39,804 nucleotides of DNA from Nitrospirota bacterium (GTDB lineage: Bacteria; JACPQY01): assembly GCA_016180645.1 (NCBI GenBank), contig JACPAV010000030.1:1-39804 (forward strand), in the 5' to 3' direction. Both the position numbers and the translations under genes were made by a program. Positions within the stretch are counted from its first letter, which is position 1, and the number at the start of each line of letters is the position of its first letter. Below, in pieces: positions 17,890-26,523 of the stretch. The notes under the pieces are model-generated. The model did not search any database. It worked only from the letters and a program-made list of their open reading frames with translations, and was not told the DNA's origin.

Positions 17890-19317
17890 GTGAAAGAGGA
17901 ATTTCGAACTGAATCCGACTCCATGGGACCGGTGCAGGTTCCGGCGAAGGCGTACTACGGGGCGCAGACTCAACGGGCGGTGGAGAACTTTCCCATCAGC
18001 GGGCTCCGGTTTCCGCGGAGGTTTATCCGCGCGATGGGATTGATCAAGCGCTCGGCGGCGGAGGTCAATCTGAAGACGAAGCAGATCGAAAAGAAGCTGG
18101 CCGACGCGATCGTTCAGGCGGGCACGGAGGTCATGGAGGGGAAGTGGGATGGCGAGTTTGTCGTCGACATTTTCCAGACCGGCTCCGGCACGTCGACGAA
18201 CATGAACACCAACGAAGTCATCGCGAACAGGGCCATTGAAATTCTCGGCGGGAAGATCGGGTCCAAGTCTCCGGTGCATCCGAACGATCACGTGAATATG
18301 GGGCAGTCGTCCAACGACGTGATCCCCACCGCCATTCATATTGCCGCGCTGGAGGCCATCGAGAAGGATCTGATTCCCGCGTTGGATGTTCTGCGCAAGG
18401 CGTTGGCGGACAAGGCCAAGGCGTTCGACAAGATCGTCAAGATCGGGCGGACGCATTTGCAGGACGCCGTGCCCGTGCGTTTGGGGCAGGAGTTCGGCGG
18501 TTACGCCACCATGGTTGCGCACGGGATCGATCGCGTGAAGGACGTTCAGAAGCGGCTGGCGGAACTCGCGCTGGGTGGGACGGCGGTCGGCACGGGGCTC
18601 AACGCCGATCCGGAATTTGTGAAGCAGGTGGTGAAGCGGATCGCGGAGGCGACGGGATTGCCGTTCCGCGAGGCGGACAACAAGTTTGAGGCGCTGGCGA
18701 CGAAGGACGCCGTGGTGGAAGCGAGCGGGGCGATGAAGACCCTCGCATGCAGCCTGATGAAGATCGCGAACGACATTCGCTGGCTCGGCTCCGGTCCCCG
18801 GTGCGGGATTGGCGAGATCAAACTCCCGGATTTACAGCCGGGAAGTTCCATCATGCCCGGCAAGGTCAATCCCGTCTTGCCCGAGGCGCTCACCATGGTG
18901 GCTGCACAGGTAATCGGGAACGATGTCGCCGTGACGGTCGGCGGGCAGGCCGGCAATTTCGAGCTCAACGTGATGAAGCCCGTGATGGCGTACAATCTCC
19001 TCCAGTCCATCGAAATCACGTCCAACGTCGTCCGCGTCTTCACCGAGCGGTGCGTGAAGGGGATCGAGGCTGATGAGAAGCGGTGTGAGGAGTCGATCGA
19101 GAAGAGCCTGGCCATGTGCACCGCGCTGGCGCCGCATATCGGGTATGACGCCGCAGCGAAAATCGCGAAGGAGGCTTACTCGACCGGCAAGACCGTCCGT
19201 CAAATCGCCGTCGAGAAGAAGGTTCTGCCGCCGGATCGGTTGAAAGAGGTTTTGGACCCGATGGCCATGACCCATCCCGGAGTGCCCGGAGGCAAGAAAC
19301 TTCCCGGCGGCGGGTAG
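17890..19317 (+). CDS. fumC: Class II fumarate hydratase
   Basis: FRTESDSMG, FQTGSGTSTNMN, HPNDHVNMGQSSND, KIGRTHLQDA, GSSIMPGKVNP; AAGGAGG before GTG. Confidence 0.95.
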   Translation: MKEEFRTESDSMGPVQVPAKAYYGAQTQRAVENFPISGLRFPRRFIRAMGLIKRSAAEVNLKTKQIEKKLADAIVQAGTEVMEGKWDGEFVVDIFQTGSGTSTNMNTNEVIANRAIEILGGKIGSKSPVHPNDHVNMGQSSNDVIPTAIHIAALEAIEKDLIPALDVLRKALADKAKAFDKIVKIGRTHLQDAVPVRLGQEFGGYATMVAHGIDRVKDVQKRLAELALGGTAVGTGLNADPEFVKQVVKRIAEATGLPFREADNKFEALATKDAVVEASGAMKTLACSLMKIANDIRWLGSGPRCGIGEIKLPDLQPGSSIMPGKVNPVLPEALTMVAAQVIGNDVAVTVGGQAGNFELNVMKPVMAYNLLQSIEITSNVVRVFTERCVKGIEADEKRCEESIEKSLAMCTALAPHIGYDAAAKIAKEAYSTGKTVRQIAVEKKVLPPDRLKEVLDPMAMTHPGVPGGKKLPGGG

Positions 19318-19368
19318 GGGAGAGAACCTATAGAGCGACGACTCCCGCTTACCCTTGGTGGGAGCAGG

Positions 19369-20109
19369 CTACTTTCCGGTGAGTTTACGCCAGAGGAGGC
19401 GGAGGGGATCGTAGTAGCGGGTGGCGACGCGTTCCTTGAGGGGGATGATGGCGTTGTCCGTGATGTGAATGTCTTCGGGGCAGACTTCGGTGCAGCACTT
19501 GGTGATGTTGCAGTAGCCGAGCCCGGCCTCCTCTTTCAGGAATTGGAGGCGTGATAGGCTGTCCAGCGGGTGCATGTCCAGGTTGGCCAGCCGCACGAAG
19601 AACCGCGGTCCCGCGAACTCGCCGAGCTTGCCGTGATTGCGGATGACATGGCAGACGTCCTGGCACAGGAAACATTCGATGCACTTCCGGAATTCCTGGA
19701 CGCGGTCCACGTCCGGCTGAAACATCTTCCACTCGACGTCTTTCGCCGGCGTGAACGGCGGAATCCGCTTGTTCACTTCGTAGTTCTTGGAGACGTCCGT
19801 CACCAAATCCTTAATGAGAGGGAAGGCGCGCAAGGGATAGACGGTGATGGGTTCGCCGGCGGGGAAATCATCGATGCGCGTTTTGCACATGAGCCTTGGT
19901 TTTCCGTTGACCTCGGCGCTGCACGAGCCGCACTTCGCGGCCTTGCAGTTCCACCGGCAGGAGAGGTCGGGCGACAGGTAGCCCTGTATGTGGTGAATGG
20001 CGTCCAGAACGACCATACCGGGGCCGACGGGGACTGTGTATTCTTTCGCTTCGCCGCCGCGCGGATCGCCGCGGAACACTTTGAGAACGACCTCTTTCGA
20101 CTCCGACAC
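19369..20109 (-). CDS. sdhB: Succinate dehydrogenase/fumarate reductase iron-sulfur subunit (Sdh1-like)
   Basis: WNCKAAKCGSC, CIECFLCQDVC and CNITKCCTEVCP cluster motifs. Confidence 0.92.
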   Translation of the reverse strand: MSESKEVVLKVFRGDPRGGEAKEYTVPVGPGMVVLDAIHHIQGYLSPDLSCRWNCKAAKCGSCSAEVNGKPRLMCKTRIDDFPAGEPITVYPLRAFPLIKDLVTDVSKNYEVNKRIPPFTPAKDVEWKMFQPDVDRVQEFRKCIECFLCQDVCHVIRNHGKLGEFAGPRFFVRLANLDMHPLDSLSRLQFLKEEAGLGYCNITKCCTEVCPEDIHITDNAIIPLKERVATRYYDPLRLLWRKLTGK

Positions 20110-21917
20110 TATTTCTTCTCCTCGGCCATCAATTTCTTGATTTCATCGGACCATTCCGGGAGGGGTTTCGGCTCCACCTTGGGCTTGTCGCCGTCCTTCA
20201 CCGCCACGAAATTGACCTTCGAGAACGCATCCTCCATCTTCGGAAAATCGGTTCGGGCGTGACCGCCACGGCTCTCCTTGCGAAGCAGAGCGCCGCGGGC
20301 GATGACTTCGGAAACGGTAATCATGGTGTCGAGGTCCTTGGCGAGGTGCCAGCCGGGATTGTACTGTCGGTTGCCTTCGACGGAGATCGTCTTGGCCTTT
20401 TCCCGGAGCTGCTGAAGTTTCTGGATGCCCGTGTTGAGATCGGACTCGCTGCGGAAGATGCCGACGTAGGTGGTCATGACTTCCTGAAGTTCGCGATGGA
20501 CTTCATACGGGCTGGGGCCGCTCTTGCGGTCGAACGGGGCGAACAGTTCCTTCTCGGCGCGGTCCACCGCGGCGTCGGGGATCTTTGCTTCGGGAGTCTT
20601 TTTTCCGTATTCCGCGGCATACAGGCCCGCGCGTCGGCCGAAGACGATGAGGTCCGACAGCGAATTGCCGCCGAGGCGGTTGGCCCCGTGGAGTCCAGCG
20701 GCGCATTCGCCAGCGGCGTAGAGGCCAGGAACGTTGGTGGCCTGCGAATCGGCGTTCACCCGAATGCCACCCATCATGTAGTGCATGGTCGGTCCGATTT
20801 CCATGGCCTGTTTCGTGATGTCGACGTCCGCGAGTTCCTTGAACTGCATGTACATGCTGGGGAGTTTTCGCTTCACGTACTCGGCGGGCATGTGGGAAAT
20901 ATCGAGGTACACGCCGTCGTGTTCGCTGCCGCGGCCCTCTTTGACTTCGTTGTAGATCGCGCGGGCGACGATGTCGCGTGGGAGAAGTTCGGGAGGCTTG
21001 CGCGCTGTGATGGGACGCGCCTCGCGGATTTCGGTGAGCCACTTTTCGGCTTCGGCTTCCGTATCGGAGATCTGTCCTTTGTAGCGTTCCGGGATGTGCT
21101 TGAACATGAAACGCTCGCCCTTGTTATTCTTCAGGAGGCCTCCGTCGCCGCGCACGCTCTCGGTGACGAGGAGACCGCGCACGCCGGGAGGCCAGACCAT
21201 GCCCGTGGGGTGGAATTGGACGAACTCCATGTCCATCAGCTCCGCGCCGATGTCGTAAACCATGGCGTGCCCGTTCCCGGCGTACTCCCACGAATTGGAT
21301 GTGATCTTGTACGCCTTTCCGGATCCGCCGGTGGCGATGACTGCCGCCTTCGCCTGGAAAATCATGAGCCGACCGCTCTCACGCCAGTAGGCGAGGGCGC
21401 CCGCGAACCGTCCGTCCTCTTTGAACAGGTTCGTGACGGTGCATTCCATGTAGACGTCCACGCCGAGCTGGACGGTGCGTTCCTGGAGTGTGCGAATGAG
21501 TTCCAGTCCCGTGCGATCGCCCACGTGGACGAGTCGGCGGTACTTGTGCCCGCCGAAGGCTCGCTGGAGGATGCGGCCGTCCGCCGTGCGGTCAAACAGC
21601 GCGCCCCATTGTTCGAGTTCACGGACGCGCTCCGGCGCTTCCTGAGCGTGGAGCTGCGCCATTCGCCAGTTGTTGACGTAGACGCCGCCCCGGAGTGTAT
21701 CGGCGCAGTGCGTTTTCCAGTCGTCCGAGGGATCGATGTTGGCCATTGCGGCCGCGATGCCTCCTTCGGCCATCACCGTGTGGGCCTTGCCGAGGAGTGA
21801 TTTGCAGATGAGTCCGACCGATGCGCCCTGAGACTTCGCTTCGATGGCGGCACGAAGGCCGGCGCCGCCCGCGCCGATGACGATCACGTCGTATGGGTGC
21901 GTTTCGTACTTGTCCAA
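20109..21917 (-). CDS. sdhA: Succinate dehydrogenase/fumarate reductase flavoprotein subunit
   Basis: GAGGAG, KAHTVMAEGG (covalent FAD His), QFHPTG, HYMMGG, HGANRLGGNSL, ESRGGH. TTG start inferred. Confidence 0.93.
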   Translation of the reverse strand: MDKYETHPYDVIVIGAGGAGLRAAIEAKSQGASVGLICKSLLGKAHTVMAEGGIAAAMANIDPSDDWKTHCADTLRGGVYVNNWRMAQLHAQEAPERVRELEQWGALFDRTADGRILQRAFGGHKYRRLVHVGDRTGLELIRTLQERTVQLGVDVYMECTVTNLFKEDGRFAGALAYWRESGRLMIFQAKAAVIATGGSGKAYKITSNSWEYAGNGHAMVYDIGAELMDMEFVQFHPTGMVWPPGVRGLLVTESVRGDGGLLKNNKGERFMFKHIPERYKGQISDTEAEAEKWLTEIREARPITARKPPELLPRDIVARAIYNEVKEGRGSEHDGVYLDISHMPAEYVKRKLPSMYMQFKELADVDITKQAMEIGPTMHYMMGGIRVNADSQATNVPGLYAAGECAAGLHGANRLGGNSLSDLIVFGRRAGLYAAEYGKKTPEAKIPDAAVDRAEKELFAPFDRKSGPSPYEVHRELQEVMTTYVGIFRSESDLNTGIQKLQQLREKAKTISVEGNRQYNPGWHLAKDLDTMITVSEVIARGALLRKESRGGHARTDFPKMEDAFSKVNFVAVKDGDKPKVEPKPLPEWSDEIKKLMAEEKK

Positions 21918-21925
21918 CTTGATTC

Positions 21926-22684
21926 CTAGAAGAGGCGATCGAGATCGGCCGGGATGTAGCCCATCGCGCCGAGTCGAACGTAGAGGTCCGCGATCGTCAC
22001 CGAGATGAAGCTGAGCCACGCGTACAGCATGTGATGTTCGTTGGCGCTGCTGCTGGCCTTCCACACGGCATGGCGCTGTTTCCCGCACCAGGCTTTCGCG
22101 AAGCAGTCGAGTCCACCGCCGAGCATGTGGCGGGTGGCATGGCAGGAGAAGACGTACATGCTGATGCAGGACACATTGGCCAGCAAGACGAGTGTGCCGA
22201 TGCCCACGCCCAGGCCATCCTCAAATCTCACGGCGAGATAGACGTCGTACCACATGGTCGCCAGCGGAATGAGACCGATGATCAGGATGTAGCGGTGGAG
22301 GTTCATGAGGACGAAGGGGAACTTGTTTTCGCCGCCGTAGTTGTGGCCCCACGGTTCCTGCACGGCGCACGCCGGTGGGTGCATGAAGTAGGCGCGGTAG
22401 TAGGCTTTCCGATAGTAGTAGCACGTGGCGCGGAAGCCGATGGGAATCCACATGATCAGAATGGCGGGAGAGAGCGGCCACCAACTGGGTTGGAGCAATG
22501 GGGAGTAGATCGGGGAAACGTACGGGCCCCACTCGTAGTTGTTGCCGAGAAACGTGACGATTGTGGCGTAAATGATGAGGCATGCGAGGGCGCTGCCTTG
22601 AACGAGCGGGGCCACCCACCACGCGTCTTTTCTCTGGGTGAGGCCGTATCCCGGCGCTTCCATGGAGACGGTTCCGTTGCCCAT
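21926..22684 (-). CDS. Single-subunit membrane anchor of Sdh1-type succinate dehydrogenase
   Basis: FRATCYYYRKAYYRAY...PPACAV, NLHRY, SCHATRH and HMLYAW motifs, as in the mycobacterial Rv0249c-type anchor. First gene of the operon. Confidence 0.8.
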   Translation of the reverse strand: MGNGTVSMEAPGYGLTQRKDAWWVAPLVQGSALACLIIYATIVTFLGNNYEWGPYVSPIYSPLLQPSWWPLSPAILIMWIPIGFRATCYYYRKAYYRAYFMHPPACAVQEPWGHNYGGENKFPFVLMNLHRYILIIGLIPLATMWYDVYLAVRFEDGLGVGIGTLVLLANVSCISMYVFSCHATRHMLGGGLDCFAKAWCGKQRHAVWKASSSANEHHMLYAWLSFISVTIADLYVRLGAMGYIPADLDRLF

Positions 22685-22788
22685 TTGCGGGCGGACCATA
22701 GCACTCCGATAAACACGTTTCAATAGACCTCGGTCAAGTATTTCTCTGCGGCGAATATGGCATTCGAGCGGGTGGGGAACCATCGGCG

Positions 22789-22797
22789 TGCTATAAT
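22789..22797 (+). promoter_or_regulatory. Extended -10 promoter (TGnTATAAT), probably giving a leaderless transcript
   Basis: TGCTATAAT ends 6 nt before ATG 22804; no SD. Confidence 0.55.
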
Positions 22798-22803
22798 ATT
22801 CAA

Positions 22804-23208
22804 ATGCAGCGAATGCGGAGAAAAGCCGTCGATCGCGGAGCCTTACTCCGACCCTACCTCACCGCGTGGCGGGAGAGGCTGGCGCGTCAGGAGCGGTTGG
22901 CCGAGAGGAAAAGGCGAAGCGCGTTGAAGGAGGCGGTGGATCTGGCCAAATACTTGGCGAGGCGGTACTCGGTTCGTCGTGCCGCCGTTGTAGGCTCGAT
23001 CATGCGCCCCGGCGATTTCCGTGCCGGTTCGGACATCGACCTAATTGTGTGGGGACTGGCCCCGTCCGCCCTTATTTCCGCGTGGGTGGACGTGGAGAAA
23101 CGGACTTCATTCCCGGTTGATCTCATCGCGTGGGAACACGCAACCCCCCGGCTCCGTCGCACGTTCTTGCGCGAGGGCCGGGTCATTTTTGGCGCCGGTG
23201 CGAACTGA
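22804..23208 (+). CDS. MNT nucleotidyltransferase antitoxin
   Basis: VVGSIMRPGDFRAGSDIDLIVWG, FPVDLI. Confidence 0.85.
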   Translation: MQRMRRKAVDRGALLRPYLTAWRERLARQERLAERKRRSALKEAVDLAKYLARRYSVRRAAVVGSIMRPGDFRAGSDIDLIVWGLAPSALISAWVDVEKRTSFPVDLIAWEHATPRLRRTFLREGRVIFGAGAN

Positions 23209-23689
23209 TCCGCAGCGCTGGCAACGGCTGGCGGAGGAAATCCGTTCGGATCTATCCGAGCTGGATGCTCTGGTCGTGGAAATTCACTCCCACCTGAAGC
23301 ACGCAACAGGAAAGAAGCTGTCCGACCGGATCACCGGAGGGAAACTGGTTCATGATGTCTACGGAAAGGTGGAATCCATCCTTGTCAAGATTGCGAAAGA
23401 TCTGAACGGGGGTGTTCCATCAGGAGATGATTGGCACCAGCGCCTCCTGAAGCAGATGGCCATGCCGATCCGGGAGGTTCGTCCGGCCGTGCTTTCCGAG
23501 AAAACCCGGGCGAGCCTCGAAGAGTACCTGCGATTCAGGCACGTCTTTCGCAACGTGTATGCGATGTATCTGGACTGGGCTCCCATCCGGCGGCTGGCGG
23601 CAGGGACGCCGAAAGTCGTTCGGTCCGTTGCCTCCGACGTCGATCGGTTCATCGGGTTCCTGTCGAAGCTTGCTTCCAGCGCCGGTTGA
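23198..23689 (+). CDS. HepT-like HEPN ribonuclease toxin
   Basis: HDVYGKVE, PSGDDWHQRLLKQM, RPAVLS, YLRFRHVFRNVY; overlaps the MNT stop. Confidence 0.85.
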   Translation: MRTDPQRWQRLAEEIRSDLSELDALVVEIHSHLKHATGKKLSDRITGGKLVHDVYGKVESILVKIAKDLNGGVPSGDDWHQRLLKQMAMPIREVRPAVLSEKTRASLEEYLRFRHVFRNVYAMYLDWAPIRRLAAGTPKVVRSVASDVDRFIGFLSKLASSAG

Positions 23690-23702
23690 ACAAGGAGTAA
23701 CC

Positions 23703-24116
23703 ATGTCGAAAACTCAGCGGAAAGTTCTCTGGACCCTTCTCGTGCTCCTCGGTGGATTTCTGCCGGTGTGGTGGGGGTTGGTCTACACGGGGTATTACGA
23801 CGACAAGATGTCAGCAGATAAGATTGCTTACGCCAGATCTTTCATTCTCTCTGACAGCTTCCTGATTCTCCTGACGGTCGGATTGATTTACGGAGTCGTG
23901 AAAAACTGGGTGTGGGGGTACGTGTGCGGCTTGGTGGTTTGCGGAACCGGCTTCTACATGGCCATTCACGGCGTGCACGCGATGATCGTCGGCACGTTTC
24001 CGCGTGACCCCGTTACCGTCTGGCTCTACCTCTCGAATATTGTGGGTCTGCCCATCCTCGGCCTGATCCTTCTACGCAGTCTCCGGAGGACCATCGGCGC
24101 GCTGCGCGATGACTGA
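23703..24116 (+). CDS. Hypothetical four-TM membrane protein
   Basis: AAGGAG RBS; four hydrophobic segments. Confidence 0.7.
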   Translation: MSKTQRKVLWTLLVLLGGFLPVWWGLVYTGYYDDKMSADKIAYARSFILSDSFLILLTVGLIYGVVKNWVWGYVCGLVVCGTGFYMAIHGVHAMIVGTFPRDPVTVWLYLSNIVGLPILGLILLRSLRRTIGALRDD

Positions 24117-24207
24117 CTCCTTCCGGGGCGATTAGTCAATAAAGAATGCCTGACCCCAAACCCCAAACCCTCAAATCCGTCGGTAGGCCGGCCCTGCGTT
24201 GCGCCGC

Positions 24208-24471
24208 TCAGAACGTCAGTCGATGCGATGGATCCAATCGTTCGCGAATCCACATCTTAATGATCGCTTGCCGGGAAACATTGAGTTTGACGGCCTCACG
24301 ATCAAGCAGGTCTACCATCCATGATGGGAAATCAACGTTGACTCTCTGAACGATGGTCGCACGCTTGAGATCCAAGAATCTCGAGATATCTTCGCCCCGG
24401 TCGAATTTTTCATCGAAGGCCGTGGCTTGGATTCTCCTGCTATTTTTCTTTCCCCTGGATGTGGCTTTCAT
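24208..24471 (-). CDS. BrnA-type / CopG ribbon-helix-helix antitoxin
   Basis: FDEKFDRGEDI...RVNVDFPSWMVDLLDREA...VSRQAIIKMWIRERL; downstream of BrnT. Confidence 0.85.
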   Translation of the reverse strand: MKATSRGKKNSRRIQATAFDEKFDRGEDISRFLDLKRATIVQRVNVDFPSWMVDLLDREAVKLNVSRQAIIKMWIRERLDPSHRLTF

Positions 24472-24724
24472 AGATTCTCTCCAATCGGCGATCTGCCCGG
24501 TGGCAGCTGATGAGCCTGATTGTTTCACCTTTCCGTGTGAAGACGGCGGCGTAACACTTGCCGCCGATCTTCGCCAGGATCAGGCAGCGGTTCTCGCCCG
24601 CGACGTTCTTGGCCGGGATGATGATGTGAGTAACATCCCATAGGCCTTGGGCCCATTCGAGATCGACTCCGTGGCGCTCTCGGTTGAGTTGGCTCTTTGC
24701 GGGATCAAATTCGAAGTGCTCCAT
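24440..24724 (-). CDS. BrnT-family toxin
   Basis: FEFDPAKSQLNRERHGVD...IRLISCHR. Confidence 0.88.
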   Translation of the reverse strand: MEHFEFDPAKSQLNRERHGVDLEWAQGLWDVTHIIIPAKNVAGENRCLILAKIGGKCYAAVFTRKGETIRLISCHRADRRLERIYESHIQGKEK

Positions 24725-24734
24725 CCATCGATAA

Positions 24735-24747
24735 TATAACAGTTATA
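24735..24747. promoter_or_regulatory. Palindromic putative autorepression operator upstream of brnT
   Basis: TATAAC-A-GTTATA, 10 nt upstream of the start codon. Confidence 0.5.
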
Positions 24748-24837
24748 CCGGGCAAAAGCCATGTGCGACTCGCGAATCACCCTCCCTCCGGAAAGCAGGA
24801 ATTGCCTCGTGTCGAGAGTTGAACTCCAAGCCGCCCG

Positions 24838-25053
24838 TGGTTCCACGTGCTTGGGCGTCGGAGTCAGTACGGTATGAACTATGCGCACTACCGGCGTCTG
24901 TTGGAGGTCTTTCCCCTGCCTCGTCCCTACATTGCGCGCCCTTCTCGGTGGCTTACGCGTCAGCCGGGTGACCTGCTTGGAAGAGCCGGATGCCGGAAAT
25001 CGGCCCGTCCGGATCTGTGAGGGTGAAATCGGGCAACCGATGAACTACTCGAC
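24838..25053 (+). mobile_element. 3' remnant of a group II intron (maturase C-terminus, domains V and VI)
   Basis: In-frame WFHVLGRRSQYGMNYAHYRRLLEVFPLPRPYI...GRAGCRKSARPDL*. DV GAGCCGGATGCCGGAAATCGGCCCGTCCGGATC (24983-25015) with AGC triad and GAAA loop. DVI with bulged A, ending CTACTCGAC. Confidence 0.88.
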
Positions 25054-25109
25054 CAAGCCCCCTTGAGGGCACAGAGATCAAGCTGGTCCGCTCGATCGCC
25101 GGGTTAGAT
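25054..25109 (-). other. Left half of an integron attC site, truncated at the intron 3' junction
   Basis: Minus strand ATCTAAC CCGGCGATCGAGCGGACC (RYYYAAC inverse core containing the cassette stop codon), complementary to GTTAGAT at the cassette start. Right arm is absent. Confidence 0.75.
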
Positions 25110-25676
25110 CGGAACCCTTCCAGTCCACAAGTGCAGTGCATGAGGAAGCTGATGCTCCGGGGTACCGCGAAGTCGGCACAACTCGCGGACCATGCCCTCT
25201 GCCACCTCCAGTGCGTTGACGGCGTCAGCCAACGTTAGGGTGTCCACCACCGATGTGTCCGCGAGCCCCTGGATCACGACACCGGGTAGATTCAGGGTTT
25301 CGTGGGAGCTTGTAAAGTGCATCAGTGCGTTACGACGCTCCTTGAGAGCGAGAAAGGCTTTGGGCGTTGGCGCTGTGAAGTCTAAGCCCTTGCCGAGAAC
25401 ATCGGCAGGCCAGGTTCTCAGTTTGCGGTCGAGCGACCTTCTCCTGTCCAGATCGTCAAGGACGCGTTGCTTGTGCTGCATGAATCCTGGTTCACTGACA
25501 ACTACGCGAAAGAAGATGTTCAGGAACGCCTCGACGACCGTCACCGCCAGCATGATGCAGAGTGCAGCGTCCTGCTTCAGTTCCGTTCCGTCCCTACTGT
25601 GGTTGAGGCCTCCGACGAGGCGGCGGAGAGCGTCGAAGTACTGCCATATCATCCGGTTCGGCGAAGAGAGATTCAT
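25104..25676 (-). CDS. Integron cassette gene: hypothetical protein with a HEPN-like RNxxxH motif
   Basis: 190 aa, helical-looking, AVTVVEAFLN and LKERRNALMHF; bounded by GTTAGATCG and CGATCTAAC. Confidence 0.7.
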   Translation of the reverse strand: MNLSSPNRMIWQYFDALRRLVGGLNHSRDGTELKQDAALCIMLAVTVVEAFLNIFFRVVVSEPGFMQHKQRVLDDLDRRRSLDRKLRTWPADVLGKGLDFTAPTPKAFLALKERRNALMHFTSSHETLNLPGVVIQGLADTSVVDTLTLADAVNALEVAEGMVRELCRLRGTPEHQLPHALHLWTGRVPI

Positions 25677-25698
25677 TGGCCCGCGCTCATCATGTGCG

Positions 25699-25758
25699 AT
25701 CTAACGCCCAGCATCAGCTGCGGCGCGAAGCGCCGTCAGCTGCATGCTGTTGTTGGGC
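25699..25758 (-). other. Integron attC site (60 bp)
   Basis: Minus strand GCCCAAC AACAGCATGCAGCTGACGGCGCTTCGCGCCGCAGCTGATGCTGGGC GTTAGAT: RYYYAAC...GTTRRRY with an imperfect palindrome and extrahelical bases. Confidence 0.92.
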
Positions 25759-26499
25759 AGCAGCCTCGGGCTTGCCGAGTATGGAGTAAAGCTGCGCAGC
25801 GAGGGACTCACGGTTTTCTGAAAAGAGCCGAACCCGATGTCCGTTTGCGCCGGACGGATGCGGAAAGCCTGAGAGCCACCGTCCAGCGCGAACTCGGTTC
25901 TCCACGGCGAGAAGCTGAAGAACCTCCTCGACCGATCTTCCGAGTGGAACGAGCACCGCGTTCGGTATTGATTCCAGCTCACTAGCAAGTATCTCACGGG
26001 CGAAGTCCATCAGAAACGGGGACTGGCTTGGTCGCGGGTTCGTTCCAGTGTAGTTGCGCGTGCCGACGAAGACGGGATACCGGAAGGCGGACGTGGTATG
26101 AAGGAGCGAGCGCGCAACTCCGAAGAGATCCGAGGAGGACTGGATGCTGAGGAGCCGCGGTAGATCGAGCGCGTCGAGCATGCGGGTGAGGTTCACTCGC
26201 ATCGAGCCAGCAAAACTGGCGCGAAGTTTTGCATGCCGACAGGCATCCTCTTCCGGGTTGCCCGCAGCAAGGGCATCCCGAACGGTTCGGCACGCGATCT
26301 CCATTTGCGTCCAACCCGGCGTGATTCCGAGGATGATCACCTTCGCTTCGGGGTTCTCCGAGTCGAAGGGACAGTAGAAGACACGAAGAGCCCCTTCCTT
26401 CGCGATCTGCAAGGCAGGGACAAGGAGATCGGTGTGATCGTACCGTTCCCGGGATGGAAGCGATGCGAGGAACGGGCCATACCTCTCAAAGAGCGACAT
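25714..26499 (-). CDS. Integron cassette gene: uracil-DNA glycosylase superfamily-like protein
   Basis: 261 aa; PFD..N..AKVIILGITPG (motif A-like), LHTTS, LVPLG, GFPHPSGAN (motif B HPS). Cassette starts at GTTGGGC (26517-26511). Confidence 0.72.
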   Translation of the reverse strand: MSLFERYGPFLASLPSRERYDHTDLLVPALQIAKEGALRVFYCPFDSENPEAKVIILGITPGWTQMEIACRTVRDALAAGNPEEDACRHAKLRASFAGSMRVNLTRMLDALDLPRLLSIQSSSDLFGVARSLLHTTSAFRYPVFVGTRNYTGTNPRPSQSPFLMDFAREILASELESIPNAVLVPLGRSVEEVLQLLAVENRVRAGRWLSGFPHPSGANGHRVRLFSENRESLAAQLYSILGKPEAAAQQQHAADGASRRS

Positions 26500-26523
26500 G
26501 GTTCCCGGCTGCCCAACCACTGA

